From the IMG/VR virus record IMGVR_UViG_2706795941_000001, positions 1 through 64,000 of that record: a stretch of 64,000 nucleotides of DNA; one strand, given 5' to 3'. Position 1 is the stretch's first letter, and each line of letters begins with the position of its first letter. A program made the translations under genes and the position numbers. The stretch is from a virus. Its lineage: Duplodnaviria > Caudoviricetes. The notes under the pieces are model-generated. The model searched no databases, was not told the DNA's origin, and was given only the letters and a program-made list of their open reading frames with translations. Below are positions 1 to 7,301 of this stretch, in pieces.

Positions 1-1110
1 GCGACCTTTTGCAAAGTTCTGAGTACCGGACCACTGCGGAAAAGTGTAGATCCCTGGTGTCGACCTTCCTAGTGCCCGACGACTTTTTGCGCCCGGTGAC
101 TGGCACGCTGGGCTCAGCTACTGCGGGCTCGCTAGAACCCTGGCACATGGTGCGCTCGTTGGCAGCTAGACCTGTCATGTTCCAGCTGTATGCCGTGGTG
201 GCATCGCCGCGAGCGTCGTGCTCGTTGGCCCAGTTGTCCTTATTCAGGCACTGTTTTTCTGTGGCCTCCCTAGCAGCGATAACGCTGTTCATAGGGGATA
301 GCGGTGTGTTGATCCCTGTTCCACGTTTAGCGGTCGCACGTACACGCTTCGTCACGGTGACTGTGCGTGGTGCGTGTTGCATAGGCAGAGGTCTACCCAT
401 TGTGAACCCTTCCGTTGTCGTGGCTCTAGTCCCTGTGCACAGTACGACACTGTGCGCGCATGTATTGATCTAGCATGTCACTACTGCCATGCGCTGCCCA
501 TCAAACCCAACAGGGGTGATCCGTCTACGTTACCGTTAGTGACCATCGCGCGATAGTTCCTACACAACTCACAGAGACCCTAGACGTCTGTGCCGTTGTG
601 CGTGTAGGCCGGTTCTGTGCACGTTCGCACAGAACCCTAGACCGAGTTCGGTCTAGTGCCCGTATCACCCGCGCGAAGCGGATCTAGATGTAGTTGTACG
701 GTTACCCAGGTACCGTAAGGCGTAATCACCAGACACGTCCTGCTCTGCCACAGGCACTCGCTGCCGCTGCGCCGGAATTATGTACGACACCTGTCTACCG
801 CTGAGACAGGGCAACCGGGCGGCTATCGCGTTCTGGTGAACCCAGTCCCCTAGTCGAGAACCCTAGGGGCGTCCGCAATTTTGGGAGCGTTGATCCCGTT
901 ACGAGCCTACGGCTCGCCTACGTGTCGCGCGGGCGCGTGCTAGGCGCTGCGCGCGTGTCGGGGCGCAGCCCGCCACGGCGCGCGACGGTGCCGGGGGGGC
1001 GCTGCGTCGCGGGCGTGGCGGGCGCGCCGGGGGGGCGGGGGGGGCGGGGGGGCTGTCCTGGTCATGCCCCTAGTCTACACGATCGGTGGCACCACGCAAC
1101 CCCCTAGGGG
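1..1110. other. Non-coding, hairpin-rich, CTAG-enriched region (possible structured RNA or genome-end/control region)
   Basis: No ORF with phage-like codon bias. 15 CTAG between 69 and 1107. Stem-loops at 435-457, 611-636, 637-656, 790-810, 847-869 and 902-916. Confidence 0.5.
993..1052 (+). repeat. Poly-G tracts, G-quadruplex-capable
   Basis: G7 at 993-999, then G7-C-G8-C-G7 at 1029-1052. Confidence 0.6.
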
Positions 1111-1120
1111 GGCTCGCCGG

Positions 1121-1136
1121 TGTGACATGCGTCACA
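1121..1136. promoter_or_regulatory. CRP/GlxR-type binding site
   Basis: TGTGA-CATGCG-TCACA followed by TTT is an exact match to the TGTGA-N6-TCACA consensus. Confidence 0.55.
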
Positions 1137-1161
1137 TTTGGGAGCGGGTTTTGTACCACCC

Positions 1162-1170
1162 ATTGTACCA
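1162..1170 (-). promoter_or_regulatory. Extended -10 promoter element, leftward
   Basis: TGG-TACAAT on the minus strand. No good -35. Confidence 0.4.
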
Positions 1171-1431
1171 GGCGCGGTATACAGCTCGGTTGTTAGGTCG
1201 CTCTGATTTTAGGGAGGTCGTGGTACCACAGTAATGTCTTGAGAATGCAGGAGAAATAGGAGGGTAATGCCTGATACGCAGCCAGGGGATGACGGATCTG
1301 TGGATAAATACTTTCGTAATCCGTGTGTAATTCCAAATGGCAAAGTTGCGTAGTCACGTAGTCACGAGTTTTTATAGAAAATATATCTAGCCTAGTTATA
1401 GTAAAAACACCCATCTACCTGGGGTTATATC

Positions 1432-1846
1432 AAACTATAAACTATAAACTATATATAATTATATAAGTAGAAGAAGACTGATGCCAAAGGCTACCACTCG
1501 AGGCCGATGACCGACCCCAGAACTTCCTCCCTGGTCGGTGACCACTCACTGATACTCACTCCCCCTCATTTGCTTACTTACCATTTGGGGGGGTCTATAG
1601 TTTATAGTTTAATAGTTTCGGCATAACCGCACGTCAAACGTGCTTTTTGCCGGTTAGAGTATCGGGTTATCGTTTCATAGTTTCGGCCGGCGCTTGCCCG
1701 ATTAAGAAACTATAACCCGATTGTTTATAGTTTCTTCGTCCAAAGAAACTATAAACCGATTGTTTATAGTTTCTTTGCAACCCAGTGGTCGTACCACCCC
1801 GAGAGCAAAAAAAGAAACTATAAACCTGAGTTTATAGTTTCTTTTT
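1432..1846. repeat. AT-rich heptamer (AAACTAT) and palindrome array; candidate replication origin
   Basis: AAACTAT x3 tandem (1432-1452). ATAGTTT at 1597, 1604, 1612 and 1677. Three palindromes AAGAAACTATAA..TTATAGTTTCTT at 1704-1736, 1741-1777 and 1809-1846. Confidence 0.7.
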
Positions 1847-1864
1847 GATGCAGCGATGTGACTG

Positions 1865-2818
1865 CTAGATCGGGTAGTTGTAGCCCAGCTTCTGCTCCGC
1901 TTGGAACGCAGTCATCACGTTTTGCTCGAACTTGTTCTCGAAGTAGGTGATGGTGTTCGCTGCGAGCTTTTCAACCGGATCGGTCTTGAGCATGCCCTTG
2001 ACTTCTTTGCCAACGAACACCTTAGTCTGCCCAGGGCCGTCGACGAGCTGCGCTTCGACCTGCTCGCGCACCTGCCTCTGGACGGACTCCATGATCTCTT
2101 TGCTTGAGGTGACGCTGGCCTCGGCGAGTCGCTTGTACGCATCACTGATGCTCTCGCCTTCCTTGCGCCCGCCCTCCGGCTCGGTCGAGACCCACTGGCT
2201 CGTGATCTGCTGATAAACGCCTTGGGACGGATCAGGTATGGAGTTCGACCACGTCACCCCTGCCTGCCGCACACCGGACTGTGTGGTGCGATGAGCGAGG
2301 GGTACCCAGTGGACGTGGTCTTCGTGCTCGTCTTCAGGTTCTGGCTCGTCGTCGTCCTTGTCGTACACCACCGAGGTAGTAGAGTCGACATGGATCGCTT
2401 CAATAATGTCGATTACGAGATCGTCGGTGGTTACCGTGTTCTTGTCATGCTTGGAGTCTTCGATGGACTCGGCGATCAACTCAAAGAACTTGTCCTCCAC
2501 ATCTTCTACCTTAGAGCACATCACCTCCTTTTTCAGAGTCTCGTAAGGAGTGCCAGACACGCTAGGCCAGAAGTAGTACACCCTGAAGTACGCAATCGGT
2601 GCATCTGAGGGTTCGGTGGCCTTGATGACGGGGTCAGGCTCAAACTGGAACGGCTGCAACTGCGTGGGTCCGGTGGGTAAGTTTACCGAATGTCCTGCCC
2701 GCACGGCGGCAGTGAGGTTGTTCAGTTGCTCGATGACATCTTTCTCGTACTCAAAATGCGCATCAGAGGTAACAGAGCTCTTACCGCCCAACCTGAAGTC
2801 ATCATCTTCTTCAATCAC
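1865..2818 (-). CDS. Hypothetical protein (about 317 aa, acidic central linker)
   Basis: Long ORF with phage codon bias. GTG at 2818 follows GAGGT and abuts the upstream stop. Confidence 0.7.
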   Translation of the reverse strand: MIEEDDDFRLGGKSSVTSDAHFEYEKDVIEQLNNLTAAVRAGHSVNLPTGPTQLQPFQFEPDPVIKATEPSDAPIAYFRVYYFWPSVSGTPYETLKKEVMCSKVEDVEDKFFELIAESIEDSKHDKNTVTTDDLVIDIIEAIHVDSTTSVVYDKDDDEPEPEDEHEDHVHWVPLAHRTTQSGVRQAGVTWSNSIPDPSQGVYQQITSQWVSTEPEGGRKEGESISDAYKRLAEASVTSSKEIMESVQRQVREQVEAQLVDGPGQTKVFVGKEVKGMLKTDPVEKLAANTITYFENKFEQNVMTAFQAEQKLGYNYPI

Positions 2819-3135
2819 TACGCACCTCGTTTCTCTGAATCGCTCGGTCGAACAACTTGCAGTGCCTTGATCACCACGGACTCGCCGGCTTGCACGCGAG
2901 TCCACTCGTATTCCATCCAGTGCTCCATGGTGCGCGACTCCAGGTAGGGGTCCATCGCCCTGGCCGAGTCAGAGCCCCTGCCCTTGTGTACGCGCTCTCG
3001 GTTGGCCTTGCGGCACAACGGACCCCGGCAGCCCTTATGGTAAGTACCTGGCGAGCCGTGGCGAAGCGTACAGAACCTCTCGTCAGCCAACTCGTCGTTG
3101 ACTTCCTTGACTATTGGCAGTTCATTGAAGTCCAT
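2818..3135 (-). CDS. Small Cys/His (Zn-binding) protein
   Basis: CTLRHG...YHKGCRGPLC motif. Tightly packed with neighbouring genes. Confidence 0.7.
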   Translation of the reverse strand: MDFNELPIVKEVNDELADERFCTLRHGSPGTYHKGCRGPLCRKANRERVHKGRGSDSARAMDPYLESRTMEHWMEYEWTRVQAGESVVIKALQVVRPSDSEKRGA

Positions 3136-3136
3136 T

Positions 3137-5278
3137 CTATTTCCCCCCTGCATATCCAGGTTGTGCCTCGTCGGGCACTAGTGCATAACGCTTGGTCTGC
3201 GGTCCTCGTGAGCCCTTCGGCGGATCAGCCTCGGCCACCACCCCAGCTTCGACGATGGCTTTGAGTGCATTGTTGATCTCATGTGCGGTGTACTTCTGCG
3301 GAGCCTTCTTGACGATAGCCTCGATCTGGCCTCGACTGGCGTAACCCTTGCCCGGCTTGGTTGGGTCGTGCTTGCCTGCGCCCGATCGAGAGCTCCAATA
3401 CTCGATAGCCTTCATGATGCGCTCATCGAGGTCGGTGTACTTGGTAGTGTTGACCTTCTTGGCCAGCAATGCGGTGGAGCGTTCCAAGAAGTTCATGATC
3501 CATTCAGCGCGGGCCACGTCCTCCGGCATGATCTCGTCATGCAAGCTGTTCATCGCAAACAGCAGGCAGTACCGCAAGGCCTTGAGGGAGAAGCGGGAGT
3601 GCGCGTCGTCGTCGGGCTTGGCGTACCTGTTGTATAGCCTGTCGTACGCCTTGTGTGCTGATGTGTTGACTCCGATACGAAGTGCTTCACCAGGTTCGAG
3701 TCCTTCATCAGCGCGCATCTTCTGTGTGTACTTGTCAACTACCTCACGAAACTTTTCGCGTACTCTGTTTGCATCCACATCGGAAACAAACTCGACCGTG
3801 CTGATCGAGAGCTCCTCTTCCCGGTGATTAGCCGAGATTACATCGAAGCGCGAGACAAGTCCGTTGTCTCGACCCTCTTCGCCGATGACTTTTTGGATTC
3901 GGTTCGGAGGAATGTTTGCCGAGACGTACAGCAGCGGGTTGTGTGCGTACGAAGAACTACGACCCATAGCCTCGCCGTTGTCGATCACGTCGTCCTCGGT
4001 GCGACCGACTGCATCGAAGTCCATGAGCTTGCTCATGAGCGACGATCCTCTGATCTGCGACTTGGCAGACAGTGATGCGTACTCATCGAGTGCCCACCAC
4101 CCCGTCACATCTCGCACATCGTAGCGCGACTCGCCCTCACCGGCCTTGGCGAACGAGTCCACCAACGACTCGCCGGAGACTGGGTTGATCGGACGTACAC
4201 CTCGGTTGATGCCGTAGTCGCCTTGAACTGCAGGCTTGAGTGATAGCCATGTGAGTTCTGCAAGTCTGAGAATAGAGTTGACCGAATGCTTAGCTTGCGA
4301 CTTGCCGGACCCGGGGGGTGCAACTCGCAACTGCCAGAATGAAGCATTGAAGGGGCCGCGGTGGCCGACCCCTCGAAGAAAGGGTCCGCCGCACATTCCC
4401 ACCAGCATGAGTCCATTGAACAGGTCGAACTCGTGTGGTGCGCCATTGACTGCGTATGTCTTGACGTAGTCGTGAACAGGTGTGCCTTCAGGTAGGTGGT
4501 CGAGGATCTCATCAAGGCTGCCCAGGTCAGGCAGTCCGTCGGTGTCGGGGCCCTGTAGTTCAGCCCTCCTGTCCGCCAGCGAGACTACGTTGTCAGTCCC
4601 AGTGGATGATGAGTCCTCTTCTGCTTTTGGGGCCGCGGCCTGATTGATACGGATGACCTCTTCGAACTCCGCTTGCTCGGCCTTCGCCTGGGTGGGGCTC
4701 TTGGCTCGACCGTCGGCAGTTCGCTCCCAGCCACACAGCTCGACTAGGTATTCGGTCTTCGCTTTGGCGTACTCTGTACCCTTGAGGGACTTGCCAAAGT
4801 TCATGCCACGTGCTGCGGCGAACATGTCCAACCGTCCGCCGCCGTCCGAGCATTGGCCCATGCAGACCCAGGTACCTTTAACCGGGTCAAGCCAAGATGC
4901 CTCGGACTCGGTGTTGTCGTGTCCGGCAGTCGGACAGAACTGCAGGTAGTTGTTGGTGCCTCCGTTCATCTTGCGATTGGCGCGCTTGCCGGTCACATGC
5001 TCATACAAGGTGAACATGTCGATGGAAGAGATCGCGTCATCCTCCTCGGCACGTATGTCAATCGAGGTGCCGAGCTCGGGGATTGCATCTTCGAAGTCTT
5101 TGTTGGGCTGCGGGAGCGATGGGGCTGCGCTCTCCGCTTGGGCTGACTTCTTTCGCTGGTCTACAGCCCACTTGGCTCGGGCCAGAGTCCACTTGCGCTT
5201 GTCCACGTCGGCGAATGATCGAGGGGGGATCTTGTTCGCCGCGAAGTACTCTTCCGAGTAGTAGTCAATCTCAGTCAA
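3137..5278 (-). CDS. Primase-type Zn-finger plus P-loop helicase (DUF3987-like) replication protein
   Basis: CPTAGH...CMGQC Zn site, Walker A APPGSGKS, Walker B ALDEY. Confidence 0.75.
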   Translation of the reverse strand: MTEIDYYSEEYFAANKIPPRSFADVDKRKWTLARAKWAVDQRKKSAQAESAAPSLPQPNKDFEDAIPELGTSIDIRAEEDDAISSIDMFTLYEHVTGKRANRKMNGGTNNYLQFCPTAGHDNTESEASWLDPVKGTWVCMGQCSDGGGRLDMFAAARGMNFGKSLKGTEYAKAKTEYLVELCGWERTADGRAKSPTQAKAEQAEFEEVIRINQAAAPKAEEDSSSTGTDNVVSLADRRAELQGPDTDGLPDLGSLDEILDHLPEGTPVHDYVKTYAVNGAPHEFDLFNGLMLVGMCGGPFLRGVGHRGPFNASFWQLRVAPPGSGKSQAKHSVNSILRLAELTWLSLKPAVQGDYGINRGVRPINPVSGESLVDSFAKAGEGESRYDVRDVTGWWALDEYASLSAKSQIRGSSLMSKLMDFDAVGRTEDDVIDNGEAMGRSSSYAHNPLLYVSANIPPNRIQKVIGEEGRDNGLVSRFDVISANHREEELSISTVEFVSDVDANRVREKFREVVDKYTQKMRADEGLEPGEALRIGVNTSAHKAYDRLYNRYAKPDDDAHSRFSLKALRYCLLFAMNSLHDEIMPEDVARAEWIMNFLERSTALLAKKVNTTKYTDLDERIMKAIEYWSSRSGAGKHDPTKPGKGYASRGQIEAIVKKAPQKYTAHEINNALKAIVEAGVVAEADPPKGSRGPQTKRYALVPDEAQPGYAGGK

Positions 5279-5489
5279 CGTACTCCACCTTCAGAAGTTT
5301 CAGCTGCGAACGCGGAATGTCCGTGAACGCAGCGGCGGTGTCTAGTGCAGTCTTGCCGACGTTCTGTCGTGCTCGACAGACTCCGCGGTACAGCTCGTCT
5401 GATCCAGTGACAGTCACATCGACCGTCCAGCCCTTCCCCATCGGAGCGGGGCGGGCTTTGGCTTGGACCTGCAACTTTGGTTTACCCAT
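5271..5489 (-). CDS. Hypothetical protein
   Basis: Operon-packed 72-aa ORF. Confidence 0.6.
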   Translation of the reverse strand: MGKPKLQVQAKARPAPMGKGWTVDVTVTGSDELYRGVCRARQNVGKTALDTAAAFTDIPRSQLKLLKVEYVD

Positions 5490-5649
5490 TCTGTGTGAAG
5501 TTCTCAGCCTGCGTGATAACGCGGACGGCGGCCTCGGCCTGTTCGCGAGTCATGCCGGTGTCGTGCTTGGCCTTGACTGCCTCGATCTCCTCGGGGCGCA
5601 GCGGCCTGGGGTGATCAGGGTCGTAGTCAGGAATCTCGCTTGTTGACAT
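5482..5649 (-). CDS. Hypothetical protein
   Basis: ATG after AAAGGTGTGG. Operon-packed. Confidence 0.6.
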   Translation of the reverse strand: MSTSEIPDYDPDHPRPLRPEEIEAVKAKHDTGMTREQAEAAVRVITQAENFTQNG

Positions 5650-5860
5650 ATCCACACCTTTCGCATTCGTGCTTGTCAAGATTGGTGTCGTCTGTGTGCA
5701 TCACGACGACCTGGTATCCATCGAAGTTGAGTCCTACCGCAAAGGCGTTCATGCGCTCGGCGACGTTGGTCACATCAGCGACGTCAGTGCTCTGGAACGC
5801 CATGATGACTGAGCGCTTGATGTCTTGCTCGAACTCGACTTCGTGTTCGTTACTCTCCAC
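5627..5860 (-). CDS. Hypothetical protein with C-terminal CxxC
   Basis: GTG start after GAGGAG. CERC motif. Confidence 0.6.
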   Translation of the reverse strand: MESNEHEVEFEQDIKRSVIMAFQSTDVADVTNVAERMNAFAVGLNFDGYQVVVMHTDDTNLDKHECERCGYVNKRDS

Positions 5861-6248
5861 CGTGCTCCTCCTCGTAGATCGCCATGCGCAGGTAGACCAG
5901 GTCATCGGCCTTCTCGTCGAGCGAATCCTCGAGTTGGTCGCGGCCATTAAACGGCTGCAGGGGCGTGCCGTACTTCTCCATCCCGAATGACTTGCGGGCG
6001 GCGATCACTTCGCGAGGGTTGCGGCCGAGGCGTGTGCACAGTCGAGCGAATGCGACCATCGACTCCATGTAGATCAGCTGGAGTTCTACCGACACTTCCT
6101 TCTGGAGTCCATCGGCAAGCAGCTGATTGCGCAGGTCATAGGTGACCAGGTCGTGCGCGCTGGGCAGGTCGTTGGGCTCTGGCAAGGGCTGCACCACCAG
6201 GCCCGCACGTGCGCGCATCATCTCGTCGTCGGTGATTCGTTCGCTCAT
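5850..6248 (-). CDS. Putative all-alpha NTP pyrophosphohydrolase (MazG/dUTPase-like)
   Basis: R..G..KYGTPL...GRD.LED..DEKADD.VY acidic helical motif. Confidence 0.5.
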   Translation of the reverse strand: MSERITDDEMMRARAGLVVQPLPEPNDLPSAHDLVTYDLRNQLLADGLQKEVSVELQLIYMESMVAFARLCTRLGRNPREVIAARKSFGMEKYGTPLQPFNGRDQLEDSLDEKADDLVYLRMAIYEEEHGGE

Positions 6249-7117
6249 AGGTAGGGCCGTCCTGTCTGAAGAAGTGCCACGGGGTCCGGGTGAGGGATGA
6301 TCTCCCGCACCGCCGCGCGCTGATCAATAAAGAAGGCCGGTTCGTGCCTGACCTCCCCCTTCACCTTGTACGTCGGCCCCTTGTGGTTGACCCCACCGGG
6401 GAGCCGCACCAGGTTGCCGAAGTCCTTGCCCTCCATCGTGTCCTGCTTGGGGTAGATCTCGATGGACAGGTTCTTGAAGCCGGTGTACGGATCGGGGTCG
6501 TTGTACTGAAAGAAGTTCTTCCCCTTCGTGGCCTCGAACTCGTACTGTGACGAGGTGCCCGCACCGGCCATCTCAAGGACGCCGAGTGCGATCTCGCGCG
6601 CCATGCCGATGTCGGTGGGCTCGTCAAAGAAGGCGTACACGTGGCAACCCTTGTTGCCCGAGTACGCCGCAGCCGAGCGCATGCCGTACGTGTTCACGAT
6701 CGGAGACGTGATGATCTCGACCATGGTGCGCAGCTGTTGCTTGTACCACTTCCTGGCCGGGTGCCGACGGTCGCGCCACTCTTCGCGGGGGTGGGCGTCC
6801 TCGTGAATCTTGATCGCGTCAAAGAAGTCTTTGTCACTGAAGACGTTTTCGCCGATCCATTCGTCGGACGGCAGCTCGACCCATGTGCCGTTCTTCTCGA
6901 GGTCGATGTCGAACACGATCAGCTTGGTCATGCCGTCGGAGTCGTTGGTGTAGTGGCCGAAGGTTTCGACTCCGTCGATGTGTGCCTTGAGGTCACCCAT
7001 CTTCCACTTCTCCCGCACCGGGCGGTACCCTCCGTCGGAGACCTGCCTGGCCTTGACGTCCTTGCGTTGGATGAAATGTTTGGCTAGCTCGATTGCCAGT
7101 TCGCCAGTGTCAGCCAC
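6245..7117 (-). CDS. Archaeo-eukaryotic primase (AEP) family primase/polymerase
   Basis: IVFDID (motif I), YSGNKGCHVY (motif II), IYPKQD...GNLVRLP. Confidence 0.85.
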   Translation of the reverse strand: MADTGELAIELAKHFIQRKDVKARQVSDGGYRPVREKWKMGDLKAHIDGVETFGHYTNDSDGMTKLIVFDIDLEKNGTWVELPSDEWIGENVFSDKDFFDAIKIHEDAHPREEWRDRRHPARKWYKQQLRTMVEIITSPIVNTYGMRSAAAYSGNKGCHVYAFFDEPTDIGMAREIALGVLEMAGAGTSSQYEFEATKGKNFFQYNDPDPYTGFKNLSIEIYPKQDTMEGKDFGNLVRLPGGVNHKGPTYKVKGEVRHEPAFFIDQRAAVREIIPHPDPVALLQTGRPYL

Positions 7118-7180
7118 GGACCACCCCTTTCAATTCTGGTTTGCACAACCGTGTCGCGTCGGAGCGCGCGATAGAATATG

Positions 7181-7209
7181 AACATACACCATTGCAATAC
7201 GTTTGTCAA
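7181..7209 (-). promoter_or_regulatory. SigA-type promoter for the leftward replication operon
   Basis: TTGACA-17 nt-TATGTT on the minus strand. Confidence 0.75.
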
Positions 7210-7228
7210 CACCAATACTGGTGTGATC

Positions 7229-7293
7229 TTTACCCCCTATACGCGCGCGCGTAGGATGCAATGCTGGCGCTTAGCCTAGGGTGCTGGTACTAT
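7229..7293 (+). promoter_or_regulatory. Rightward promoter(s) for the packaging operon
   Basis: TTTACC-17-TAGGAT (7229-7257). Extended -10 TGG-TACTAT (7285-7293), 8 nt before ATG 7302. Confidence 0.55.
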
Positions 7294-7301
7294 GCTGTCG
7301 T

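Noticed and set aside
9-1414. ORFs 9..473, 374..556, 922..1107 and 1193..1414
   Set aside because: No RBS, no phage codon bias and no motifs. They lie in the repeat and hairpin region.
1704-1846. Three palindromic repeats as a mini-CRISPR array (a Cas4-like gene is present)
   Set aside because: The gaps are 4 and 31 nt, the repeat lengths and loops differ, and there is no cas1/cas2 or leader. Cas4-like exonucleases are common stand-alone phage genes.
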